From Bernardetia sp. (GTDB taxonomy: Bacteria; Bacteroidota; Bacteroidia; Cytophagales; Bernardetiaceae), in assembly GCA_020630575.1 (NCBI GenBank), contig JAHDBD010000016.1:1-43154 (forward strand): a stretch of DNA of 43,154 nt, in the 5' to 3' direction. Positions within the stretch are counted from its first letter, which is position 1. The number at the start of each line of letters is the position of its first letter. Below are positions 7,442 to 17,004 of the stretch, one piece after another. The notes below the pieces were generated by a model. That model was not told the DNA's origin. It saw only the letters and a list, made by a program, of their open reading frames with translations, and did not search any database. The position numbers were made by a program, and so were the translations under genes.

Positions 7442-8812
7442 TTATAATTGATTGATTTGAGTTTCCAATGCTTTATATTGTCTCTCATCAAAAGTCTCAT
7501 CTTTTACTTCAAAAGCTTTTTCTAGCATTTTTTGTGCTTTTTGTTTTTCCTTATTGTGAAAGAAAACTTTTGCAGCAGTAAAATAGTCAGAATAAGAAGC
7601 AAGATATTCTTTCTCTAAAACTTGTTTCCAAATAGTGCTTAGGTATGATATTACTTCTTCTTGAACTTCCATTTTCAAATATTTTGAGGTATTATCATTT
7701 AAAAAATATATAGGCATTTGACTATCATTTCTAAAATTTTCTTCTATATTTTTTTGTAGATTATCAATTTGTCCATATTTCAAAAGATATTTACCAAACT
7801 TTGCACTCTCATTAATTTGAAAATAAAAGTTCATAGCTTCTCTATTTGTGATGAAAGTAACAAAACTATGAGAAATGGGACGTTCAAAACTTCTTTCTTT
7901 GCTGAGTAATTCTAATTTTTCAGAAAATAGTTCGTATTTTGAAATAGCCTTTTCAAAGTTTGTCATATCTTCCTCTGATATATTTTTTATTTCTTTAGTG
8001 TGACTAATAATTTTATCAATAGCATTAAAAAAAAGTATCTCTTCCATATAATTTTCATACGCCATTATGCTATCTCCATAGTTTTCTTCAAATTTATCTA
8101 TATGATCAAGATAAAAATTATATGTTTTATCGTTTCTGGTTTGTATTAATCTTTCTAATAAAAACTCAACTTGTTGCTTAGAATATTCGTTTTTTTCTTG
8201 CATACATTCTACAAATCTATCTTTTATTAAAATCATTTCTTTCTGTAGCTCATCTTCAGGAATAATACCCAAATATGTAATTACTAAATCTACATTACAA
8301 GGATTTTCAAAGTATTTTTGTTTTGCTCCTTTGTGTATAAGTTGATTTACTTCAGATTCTGATGAAAAAACTTTTCCTTTCTTCAAAGCCTGTCCATAAA
8401 TTAGTAGTTCATAGGCTGCTAAAGCACCTACATATTTAGATATCAGATTTCCCTCTCCATCTAGAAATAATAAAGTAGGAACGACTGAAATTTGATAATC
8501 TTTACTTATTTTTTTTCCTTTTTCTGTTTCTGTATTAATTTTGATATTCACAAAATTATTATTGAAATAGGCTGACAAAGTAGAATCTGTAAAAGTAAAT
8601 TTATCCATTTCTTTGCAAGGCTTACACCAATTTGTATAAGTATCTATAAAAATCAGTTTATTTTCTTTTTTAGCTTTGTCTTTAGCTTCTTCAAAGGAAA
8701 GGTATTCGAATAATATTCTTTTGCCTTGTTTAAGGTTTAAACTGTTATCTTGAGCTAGAACGGAAAAAGAAATACAAATAAATAACAGAATATAGATTAA
8801 TTTAGATTTCAT
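7442..8812 (-). CDS. Secreted thioredoxin-fold protein (WCKPCK active site) with long C-terminal helical extension
   Basis: Probable start at the internal Met, giving signal peptide MKSKLIYILLFICISFSVLAQ. The ORF track extends to 8863. Thioredoxin-like region FIDTYTNWCKPCKEMDKF. The remaining ~330 aa has no assigned family. Confidence 0.65.
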   Translation of the reverse strand: MKSKLIYILLFICISFSVLAQDNSLNLKQGKRILFEYLSFEEAKDKAKKENKLIFIDTYTNWCKPCKEMDKFTFTDSTLSAYFNNNFVNIKINTETEKGKKISKDYQISVVPTLLFLDGEGNLISKYVGALAAYELLIYGQALKKGKVFSSESEVNQLIHKGAKQKYFENPCNVDLVITYLGIIPEDELQKEMILIKDRFVECMQEKNEYSKQQVEFLLERLIQTRNDKTYNFYLDHIDKFEENYGDSIMAYENYMEEILFFNAIDKIISHTKEIKNISEEDMTNFEKAISKYELFSEKLELLSKERSFERPISHSFVTFITNREAMNFYFQINESAKFGKYLLKYGQIDNLQKNIEENFRNDSQMPIYFLNDNTSKYLKMEVQEEVISYLSTIWKQVLEKEYLASYSDYFTAAKVFFHNKEKQKAQKMLEKAFEVKDETFDERQYKALETQINQL

Positions 8813-9170
8813 AATAAAAGTAGTAAAAGTTAATTCTTGGATGATTACAATATTATATGTCAAAAATTTAGAAAAGTAAACCTATTTTTCCAACTCCTCA
8901 AAAACTACTTAATATCAATTTTTAAAAATTATATATATTTACATAAAACACACCTTTTCAATATTGATAATTTACAAGTGCTTATAATATTTAATAAGAA
9001 TTATTTTGACCAATAGATTAAATGTGTTTTTAATCCTGTGTTTTCAGTTTTGATAGTTCAGTTGTACAGAATATATTAGTGCAAATTTGGATATACCATC
9101 AAAAAATAATACTACTTTATCTCTTTTAAAATACACATAGTTCTATTTTTTATTAATTTTTGATAAAAAA

Positions 9171-9209
9171 AGGCGTGTTGAACCGCCTAATTTGTCTAAT
9201 AAAAGTGTG
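9171..9209 (-). terminator. Terminator hairpin plus conserved 24-bp 3'UTR element downstream of the TlpA-like gene
   Basis: Hairpin AGGCG-TGTTGAAC-CGCCT preceded by an A-run (U-run on the minus-strand transcript). It is followed by GCCTAATTTGTCTAATAAAAGTGT, paralogous to 7410..7433. Confidence 0.5.
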
Positions 9210-9225
9210 ATTATGTTTTTATTGA

Positions 9226-9915
9226 TTATTCCTCTAAAAGAGCAGTAATCTCATTTGTATATAAAGGAAAGTAATCATAAATGTGCTGTGAATAACCAGA
9301 AGTAATAAAACGAATAACTCCTTTTTTATCAATAAAATAGCTTTTAGGGGCAGCTTCTGTAAGATAATATTCTTTTAAAAAGTCTTTTGTAACATTTTTA
9401 AATTCCTTGCTGACTCTATCATCTTTATAATAACCATCACCATTCTTTCCAAGATAAGAAGCAGGAATAACTTTTACCTCATCGTTGTACTTTCCTTCTC
9501 TAAACTCTTTACCTTTTTTAGGGTTTTCTAGATATTTTTGTAAAGCTAAGAAATCTTCTGGGGTATCATGATGTGAAATCATCACAAAAACCACTTCTTT
9601 ACCTTTATAGTATTTTTCTAATTTATTTATAAAAGCTATCTCACGCATACACGGACCACAAAGGCGAAACATAGTAGTAAATAAAACTACTTTGCCTTTT
9701 AAATCAGATAACTGCACAGAATCTCCTTTTAGAGTTCTGAATTTAAAATTAGTAGCTTGTGTATCTAGCAATGTATCCATCTGTTCTTTACATTGTTTGC
9801 CTAAAGATGTTTTATAATAACTTTCTTTTGTCAGAACCTCTAAAGTAGTGGTATCTTGAGCTAACGAATGAAAACAAATAAAAAATAATAAGAAAGCAAA
9901 AATATTTTTTTTCAT
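9226..9915 (-). CDS. Secreted TlpA/redoxin-like thiol-disulfide oxidoreductase (CGPC)
   Basis: 229 aa with signal peptide MKKNIFAFLLFFICFHSLAQ. Thioredoxin-fold active site VVLFTTMFRLCGPCMREI. Immediately downstream of precursor peptide B. Confidence 0.7.
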   Translation of the reverse strand: MKKNIFAFLLFFICFHSLAQDTTTLEVLTKESYYKTSLGKQCKEQMDTLLDTQATNFKFRTLKGDSVQLSDLKGKVVLFTTMFRLCGPCMREIAFINKLEKYYKGKEVVFVMISHHDTPEDFLALQKYLENPKKGKEFREGKYNDEVKVIPASYLGKNGDGYYKDDRVSKEFKNVTKDFLKEYYLTEAAPKSYFIDKKGVIRFITSGYSQHIYDYFPLYTNEITALLEE

Positions 9916-9997
9916 AATATTTGAAATTTAGTATAATTAAAATTAGCTAGACTATTTAATTATAGTCCAACTAATTTTAAAAATAATTGAAATAACT

Positions 9998-10192
9998 TTA
10001 AACAGCAGTACAATATCCACCATCTGTATCTGCAAGTGCTTGCAAATCATCCATATTTTCGGCTGCAATAAGCCAATCTGTTCCACTTCCATCTGAGTTT
10101 TGAGTACAAACAGCCATGATGCCACCCTTAACTTTAGCCAATTTCTCAGTAGAAACAGCAAACTTTCCAAATTTTTTCTTTAACGAGTTCAT
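9998..10192 (-). CDS. 64-aa precursor peptide with double-glycine leader and a 2-Cys core
   Basis: MNSLKKKFGKFAVSTEKLAKVKGG | IMAVCTQNSDGSGTDWLIAAENMDDLQALADTDGGYCTAV. The leader is ~80% identical to the peptide at 6845..7009. The 5'UTRs are also homologous (cataaaaat..atttaa...). Confidence 0.6.
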   Translation of the reverse strand: MNSLKKKFGKFAVSTEKLAKVKGGIMAVCTQNSDGSGTDWLIAAENMDDLQALADTDGGYCTAV

Positions 10193-10483
10193 AAAAATAC
10201 GATTTAAGAATTATAAATAAAAATAGTTCCTCAAAAATACGATTAGCAGTTTCTAGAATACCTACTTGAGTATGTTTGATTGCACAAATATCAAAAAAAA
10301 AAAAAGCATATTTCCTAATCAAAATAGCAGTTGCATTAAAAATATTCTTTAATCAACTAATAATAAGCGATTTGCAAAATATTAAATTTCATATCAATTG
10401 TATTTTTTAAAGTTTATCATTGATATTTATAACTATTTTAAATATTTTTTCAGGTTAGATAAAGTATTTTTTGACAAAAAAAA

Positions 10484-10508
10484 GCAAATTCTTAGATTAA
10501 GAATTTGC
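10484..10508. terminator. Rho-independent terminator downstream of the giant S8 protease gene
   Basis: Perfect 11-bp stem GCAAATTCTTA/TAAGAATTTGC with a 3-nt loop. Flanked by an A8 run and a T6 run. Confidence 0.65.
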
Positions 10509-10541
10509 CTTTTTTCTATATTACTTTCTAATTAAAATAGA

Positions 10542-13500
10542 TTAATCTTCTTTAGCTATTTTGAAAGTAAGTGTTTCACTTGGTGTAACTACATTGATAA
10601 AATACATTCCCGAAGCATACTTACTCAAATCCAAACGGATTTCTTGTTGAGATTCTTCTCTGGAAATAGATTTAGTGATGAGAGTTCTACCAATACCATC
10701 AGTAAGTGTAAGTGTGAAGGCATCTTTTAAGTTAGCAGCCAATTTCAAACGAACCTCAGAACTAGTTGGGTTTGGATAAACTAATGTACAACAATTTCCT
10801 TCTTCGTCATCAACACCTGTAACTGGTTCAGGCTTACGATAAAAGATACTATTTGAAGTAATAGCTTGACAACCTGTATCATAGGTAACTTTAGCTCTGT
10901 AACGCCCTGTTTCATTAAGAGCAAGTGAAAGAGAATTAGAAACACTAAGCATTTCACCATCTTTACTCCACTCCACTTCTGTAATTGTTCCAGTAGATGT
11001 TATTGTTGCGATATTTTCTTCTACTAGATTAATATGTGCTGTTGGAACATCTATTCTTTCAATACTTACTGAATCGGTAATGAATACACAACCAGTTCCT
11101 AAAGAAACCTCAACATGATACTTTCCTGAACTATTCACAGTAAAGTTTCTATTTTCAGAACCTATACGCAATCTATTTCCATTTCTAAATAAAGTATAAA
11201 TTGCATTTTCTACTTCTGAAACAGAAATTATAGCACCTTGATCTCCTGCACAAAACTGTTCTTTGTCAGCAGTAATACTAATGTCTGTTGGAAATGAAAT
11301 TACCTCTACATTAATTTGAGCTTCTTGAGTACATGTTTCTTTGCTTACTCGCAATGTATAAGTTCCTGCATTAGAAACTGTAATAGAAGAACTTGTTCCT
11401 ATTTCAGTATCATTAAACAACCATTGATAAGTCGCACCTTCTACTTCTAAAGCAGATAATTGACCTGTTTCACACAACAATACTTGGCTACCTTGTTCTA
11501 TTTGAGCAGGAGCAACTTGTCCTACTTTCACTTGAACAGTTGGAGATACCATTGAAACACACTCATTTTGTGTTATTCTTAATGAGTAATTTCCACTTCT
11601 AATAACTTGATAAGTTGGCGCATTGCTATTTTGTATAGCTACTCCATTTGAATACCAAGTATAAATCAAATCAGAAGAAGCATTTTGTGTATCTGCTTCT
11701 AAAGTCAATGTGTTTTCACAGGTTGAACGGACTAAATCTCCCAAAATAGTTGCTACTGGAATTTCTTTAACATCAATAGTAACAGCTAATCTGGTCTGAC
11801 TTTCATAACGAATACCATTTGCAGCAACATAATAGGTTTTTGCAGCAGTAAGGTTTTGAGTTTCGAAAGTATAAGAATCATCTTGAATAGGCTCAGTAGA
11901 TGTTTCAGACTCATACCAAAGAATACTTCTTGTTGTATGTGTACTATTTACTACAATCTTTCCTTTTCCACCTGCACAAGCATCTGTTTTGCTTATTAAT
12001 GTTGGAGCTTTAGGGTAAGTAACAGCATTGGTAGCAACTTCTTTTCTAGATACTGAATTGAATGCTTCTAGTCTATACCCATAAAAAGTATCTTCATTCA
12101 ATAAGCTATCATCATAAGAAAGAGTAGAAGCTGATAGAGTTGCCACCAAACGGTTTAATCTATATAACTTATACCCAGTTGCATTTGTAGCAGCTTGCCA
12201 AGTAAGGTCAATACGAGAAGTATCTATTGCAATAGCTTTAAATTGTGTAGGTGCAGATACTGATGGTATAGTATTTCCTCCTCCACCTGTTGGAGCAACT
12301 ACATTTATAAGGCTACTTAAATCGGTAAAAGCACTTCCATCATCATTTACTCGTATACTATACTCTCCAATTTCATCAAATTGTAAATCTGACCAAGTAA
12401 ATACTCCATTTATCATAGCACGACTTCCTAATCCAGAAGTAGCACTAAGAACTCCAGTTCCAGTTCCTCCGTCTCTTAACAATGTAATTGTTCTGGCTGC
12501 TCGGTCTATATTTCCATTTGCATCAAGTGCCTGTACGCTTACTACAAAGTTTGAGCTAACAGTTGCTGTTGTTGGTACAGTTGAAAAACCTAAACGTGTA
12601 GCCACCACCTCTAAAGTAAATGTATTTGATACTACATTAGCAGGGAAAGTAGATGCAAAAGAAGAAGAACTATTTGAAGTTTGCGCTCCATGTGCCACAC
12701 TAGGAATTTGGAATTGTAATACTCCTTCGTCTAAAACTCCTGTTGTATTCAAAAACACTTTTACAGTATAGTCTGTATTTGTTCCATTTGCTGTGCTTGC
12801 ATTACCAGCAGGAATAGTAAAACGAATTTGGTCTGCCGTAATAGTAGCTGTTGCAGTAATCTGAGTTCCTCCAGACCATAATTCTGCTCCTTGTAGTTGT
12901 GTTGTCCAGTCTGTTACTGTATTTGCAACTCCTTGTTTAATATCAACCTGAGTTACATCAGTAGGCAAAGCATCTGTTGTTGCTAAATCCTCTACTTTAA
13001 AAGAAAATACTTCTACTGCATTAGCTGATGTAGTAGCCAATGAAGATATTGAGACAGAAGCAGGCATTGTGGTTGGCGCAACAATTCGTGAGTCTGCATC
13101 TGCTGATGTAGTAATAGTAGTAAACTGCCAGTTAGCAGGTAAAACCCCTCCAAAACCTAAACTATTAGCTGTAAATGTACTGCTAGGAACATCCACAGAA
13201 TAAGTTGTAGAAGTTGCTAGTGCCGAAGGTAAAGTTACGGTTGCTGTATTTCCTGTAATTGTAGTATTAGTTGCAGAAACAGGAATTACAATTGGAGTAG
13301 CTCCTCCTGTAAGAGTAATAGAGCCTGTACCGATAGTAGGAACACGATTAAAAGTAAGAGCTAGTGATGTATTTGTATTTACATTAGTCGCATTATTTGC
13401 AGGCAAAAAGCTAACTAATTCAATAGGCTTTTCTCTTACAACTACATCATCAACAGCAAAACCATATCCCCAAGTATTCAAATCATCATAGTAAAAAGCA

Positions 13501-16500
13501 ATCCATACTTGAGGTTCGTTAGCATACGCATCTAAATCTAGGGTAACATCTTGCCAAACGCCAGATATAGATGCCATTGTATGAATAGTTGTCCAAGTAA
13601 TTCGGTCTGTACTTATACGAACCTCTCCTCTATCCGTTCGGAATACAGCTCTAAATGCCATTTCAATTTGAGAATAAGAGGAAAAATCAAACTTTGGACT
13701 AATCAACCACGATTTATAAGGTGCTCCACAACCTGGACTAGGACAAGCATCATCGTTTGCTGCTGCATATTGATTACCAGCAGGAACATCTGGGATGGTA
13801 AAGAAAGAACTTCCCAAGTTAGTTCCATACTGCCAAGTTCCAACTCCTGCTCCATCATTTATTATATCCCAACACTCTGCAGGATTTGGATTCTCAAAAT
13901 CTTCTGTATAAGGTAGTACAGTAACAGGAGGATTATTTTGAACTGTATGATTTGAAATAGCATTATTTGCTCCATTTGTATCAGTTGCTAGGTTAGCAGA
14001 TGCTGTAAGAACATAACTACCTCCTGCTGACATATCTACTGTAGTAGTAAATGTATAATCTAAACTAGCTGCACCATTTAAATCACTAGCTAAAACAAGA
14101 TTTTCATTTACTGCTGTTCCACCATTTACTGTGTAAGAAACTGGAATTGTTGTTCCACTTGGTATAGCAGAACAAGCTAAGTTTTTGATACGAATTGTAA
14201 TGGCTTCAGTAGCTGTTCTCAAATCACAACCTTGTGTTGGAGAAACGATTGCTGAAAGTTCTAAATCTATTCCTGAGCCAGCAGCAGGAGTAATAGAAAA
14301 CGCTACTGAACGCTGACTTGTAGCTCCTGTAGTTGTATTTCTTGCACGAATACTAAACCAAGTTTGTCCTGAAAGCCCTGTTGCAGTAAAAGTAGTAGTT
14401 GCACTTGTTCCTATTTGTGTATATACTCCAGTAGTAGTGTTCAACTGATAAACAATATACTCGTCTGCATCAGTTACTGCATTCCATTGTAAGATAGCTG
14501 AACCACTACAAGGCTGACCTGTAATACCAGTAGGAACACCAATAATTGAAAATGCTTCACTTGTTCCACTTAAAGATGGAGTTGCTGAAGAAACACGAAT
14601 CTTTGCTTCATTAGTCATTGCATTTGGAACAGTCCAACTCAAACGACGAGTGTTGGCAGCCACAGCACCATTAATAACTGTCCAAGTAGTTCCATTATCC
14701 AAAGAATACTCAACAGAAGTAGTTCCTGAAACTCCTTCCATATCCCATTGAATAAGTTCAGTAGCAGAAGGCGTTAAAGACATTCCAGCTGATGGATAAG
14801 TAACTTCAATATAAGGTTCTGTAACCGTCCAAGTCAATGAATATTGTTGGTTTGCTCCAGACGGAACAGCTGTTCCTTTTACTCTTAGTGTATATGTTCC
14901 TGTTGCTGGGGTAGGAATAGTTACTTGTTCGATAATATCTACATTGTTTACAGCTCTAATAGCTACATTATTCGGATTTGCACCATCTAATGTCCAAGGA
15001 AGCCAAGTATTTGTAGTTGGGTCTAATACTTCTAAATCCAAATTATTTATCAAAGCAGGATTTGCATTTGCTGCTGCTGCTGGGTCAGACCAACATAACA
15101 TTACTTTTAGTTCGTGTGTACCAGCAGGAACAGCAATAGTAACATCATTTTGTCCTGCTGTCGTAACTGTATTTATTGCATAATTATTTCCCTCTAATGC
15201 TTTAACAGCTTTCAAACCATTAATTCTACCAAAACCATATTTATAATCAGGCCCTGTATTTCCTAAATCATCAGCATTATTTGATAATACAGCCTTCATA
15301 AGTGAGGCAATAGGGTCTGCATTTGCATTTAATTGACGATAGCTTTGATAAAGTTGAGCTACTGTACCCGAAACACCTGGTGCTGCCATTGAAGTACCAC
15401 TATTTGCTCCATATCCATTACTTGGTAATGTAGAAACTACACCATTTCCGAATGCACTTACTTCAGGTTTGATACGTCCGTCTTCAAGAGGACCAAAACT
15501 ACTAAATGTAGTAATAACATCGTTATTTGTTAAAGCTCCTACTGTAATTGTGTTTTTGGCTGCTTTTCCTGTTGTAGAACCAAAACCACCTGCACAAGAA
15601 CTTTGAGAATTGCCTGATGAAAATACATGAACAAGTTGAGGATTATTATTTACTAATAAATCTTGTCCTCTATTATTACTACCATAAGGGTCGCCAGTAG
15701 CACAATTAGGTCCTCCTCCGTATGAATTTTGAGTAATTACAATACCAAAGTTAGTAATGGCATTTTGCATTTCAGTAGCAATATCTCCATTAAAGTTATG
15801 AGAATAAATTTGAGCATTAGGAGCCATTCCTGTATTTCTAGGATTTAGTAAACCTGCTCCTGCCATTGTTCCTGCTACGTGTGTTCCGTGGTCGCTATCT
15901 GATGTATTTTCTACAAGAGTACGTCTTCCACTAAAGTCTAAATGATTTGCAACGTTTCCTCCGTCCCAAATTCCAAGATTTACTCCTGAACCATCTAAAT
16001 TTCTAGCACCATAATTTAGGATAGCCGAACGGTGGGCTAATTTTCCATAATAATTTTCTTCTTTTGGAGGCTCTGGCAAAGATTCTACCCAAAGTACCCA
16101 AGGCAAATTAGCTACTTGCATAATTGCTGTTTGAGGTACACTTACTGTCAGAATACCTGATACTTTACTTTCATAGATTAGCTTTCCTCCCATGTTTATC
16201 ATAGCCATAGAAGTAAGCATGGGATTTACAGTATCAAAGGGAATAATATTCAATTCTACTTGATTAGGCTCAGAAATAGCCCATTCAGGAATATCTCCTT
16301 GTACTAATCTTGTTTGCGTTTTTTGATTAACAGACAGTTTTACAAACGCATGAATCTTAAAATCTGAAATAAGAGCTTCTAATTTATCATTAGAAATAGT
16401 AGAATTGATTTTTGCAGTATAGGATAAATCTGGCAAATACTGAATCAGTTCGATACCTTTACTTTTTAGATTTTGACGTTGTTGATGTGATGGAAGAGTA

Positions 16501-16757
16501 GTAAATTGTACTACTAAAAAATAATGATTTCCAAAAAGAGCATCTGAAAAACTACTCTTATCATTTTTAAACTGCTCAGTATTTGATGTATACTGTTCAA
16601 TAGATGATTTTAAACGTAAGGAAGGGGAAGAGCTTTGTGCAATTGCTGATTGCATTTGAGAACTCAATATACCTATTCCCAAAACAAGTAATAATACAAG
16701 TTTTTGATAAGAAATAATTGAGTTCTTTGAAGAAGAAAACGAATGTCTATGCTTCAT
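10542..16757 (-). CDS. Giant secreted subtilisin-like (S8) serine peptidase with multiple Ig/FN3-like domains and a T9SS C-terminal sorting domain
   Basis: 2071 aa with a signal peptide. S8 catalytic motifs: D (LGIWDGG), H (DSDHGTHVAGTMAG), S (GTSMAAPGVSGTVAQL). Long Thr/Ser/Gly-rich beta-domain repeats. The C-terminal ~80 aa (CCTLVYPNPTSSEVRLKL...MYFINVVTPSETLTFKIAKED) match the Por/T9SS CTD. Confidence 0.85.
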   Translation of the reverse strand: MKHRHSFSSSKNSIISYQKLVLLLVLGIGILSSQMQSAIAQSSSPSLRLKSSIEQYTSNTEQFKNDKSSFSDALFGNHYFLVVQFTTLPSHQQRQNLKSKGIELIQYLPDLSYTAKINSTISNDKLEALISDFKIHAFVKLSVNQKTQTRLVQGDIPEWAISEPNQVELNIIPFDTVNPMLTSMAMINMGGKLIYESKVSGILTVSVPQTAIMQVANLPWVLWVESLPEPPKEENYYGKLAHRSAILNYGARNLDGSGVNLGIWDGGNVANHLDFSGRRTLVENTSDSDHGTHVAGTMAGAGLLNPRNTGMAPNAQIYSHNFNGDIATEMQNAITNFGIVITQNSYGGGPNCATGDPYGSNNRGQDLLVNNNPQLVHVFSSGNSQSSCAGGFGSTTGKAAKNTITVGALTNNDVITTFSSFGPLEDGRIKPEVSAFGNGVVSTLPSNGYGANSGTSMAAPGVSGTVAQLYQSYRQLNANADPIASLMKAVLSNNADDLGNTGPDYKYGFGRINGLKAVKALEGNNYAINTVTTAGQNDVTIAVPAGTHELKVMLCWSDPAAAANANPALINNLDLEVLDPTTNTWLPWTLDGANPNNVAIRAVNNVDIIEQVTIPTPATGTYTLRVKGTAVPSGANQQYSLTWTVTEPYIEVTYPSAGMSLTPSATELIQWDMEGVSGTTSVEYSLDNGTTWTVINGAVAANTRRLSWTVPNAMTNEAKIRVSSATPSLSGTSEAFSIIGVPTGITGQPCSGSAILQWNAVTDADEYIVYQLNTTTGVYTQIGTSATTTFTATGLSGQTWFSIRARNTTTGATSQRSVAFSITPAAGSGIDLELSAIVSPTQGCDLRTATEAITIRIKNLACSAIPSGTTIPVSYTVNGGTAVNENLVLASDLNGAASLDYTFTTTVDMSAGGSYVLTASANLATDTNGANNAISNHTVQNNPPVTVLPYTEDFENPNPAECWDIINDGAGVGTWQYGTNLGSSFFTIPDVPAGNQYAAANDDACPSPGCGAPYKSWLISPKFDFSSYSQIEMAFRAVFRTDRGEVRISTDRITWTTIHTMASISGVWQDVTLDLDAYANEPQVWIAFYYDDLNTWGYGFAVDDVVVREKPIELVSFLPANNATNVNTNTSLALTFNRVPTIGTGSITLTGGATPIVIPVSATNTTITGNTATVTLPSALATSTTYSVDVPSSTFTANSLGFGGVLPANWQFTTITTSADADSRIVAPTTMPASVSISSLATTSANAVEVFSFKVEDLATTDALPTDVTQVDIKQGVANTVTDWTTQLQGAELWSGGTQITATATITADQIRFTIPAGNASTANGTNTDYTVKVFLNTTGVLDEGVLQFQIPSVAHGAQTSNSSSSFASTFPANVVSNTFTLEVVATRLGFSTVPTTATVSSNFVVSVQALDANGNIDRAARTITLLRDGGTGTGVLSATSGLGSRAMINGVFTWSDLQFDEIGEYSIRVNDDGSAFTDLSSLINVVAPTGGGGNTIPSVSAPTQFKAIAIDTSRIDLTWQAATNATGYKLYRLNRLVATLSASTLSYDDSLLNEDTFYGYRLEAFNSVSRKEVATNAVTYPKAPTLISKTDACAGGKGKIVVNSTHTTRSILWYESETSTEPIQDDSYTFETQNLTAAKTYYVAANGIRYESQTRLAVTIDVKEIPVATILGDLVRSTCENTLTLEADTQNASSDLIYTWYSNGVAIQNSNAPTYQVIRSGNYSLRITQNECVSMVSPTVQVKVGQVAPAQIEQGSQVLLCETGQLSALEVEGATYQWLFNDTEIGTSSSITVSNAGTYTLRVSKETCTQEAQINVEVISFPTDISITADKEQFCAGDQGAIISVSEVENAIYTLFRNGNRLRIGSENRNFTVNSSGKYHVEVSLGTGCVFITDSVSIERIDVPTAHINLVEENIATITSTGTITEVEWSKDGEMLSVSNSLSLALNETGRYRAKVTYDTGCQAITSNSIFYRKPEPVTGVDDEEGNCCTLVYPNPTSSEVRLKLAANLKDAFTLTLTDGIGRTLITKSISREESQQEIRLDLSKYASGMYFINVVTPSETLTFKIAKED

Positions 16758-17004
16758 AATTAGTATAAAATAAATAAAAGTAAAAGGGTAAGATTTGTAT
16801 CAATCTAAAGTTATAATAAGCAGCTAGTATGTAAATCTAGGATAATTTTATGAACTTACATAATAGTATTTTAACTTTTATTGTATAATGATATACATTT
16901 CCACGCTTCACTTTATTTTTTTTACTAAAAAAGCACACAATTTATATGATTCTGTTAGGTTAAATCATAAAATTCATAATTTAATCAAAAATACTTACTC
17001 AAAA

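Noticed and set aside
7442-8863. Longer N-terminal extension (MTYNIVIIQELTFTTFI...) of the thioredoxin-domain protein
   Set aside because: The internal Met at 8812 begins a textbook signal peptide (MKSKLIYILLFICISFSVLAQ). The 17-aa extension is AT-rich leader sequence with no features, so the shorter start is preferred.
9952-10170. 72-aa minus-strand ORF overlapping precursor peptide B in another frame
   Set aside because: It overlaps 9998..10192 almost completely in a different frame. That GG-leader ORF is paralogous to peptide A in both its leader and 5'UTR. The overlapping frame has a Leu/Ile-rich low-complexity translation and no independent support.
13551-15183. Plus-strand ORFs (13551..13916, 14944..15183) inside the giant protease gene
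   Set aside because: They are antisense to a 6.2-kb CDS with strong domain evidence. Their translations are low-complexity Cys/Ile/Ser-rich strings typical of antisense frames.
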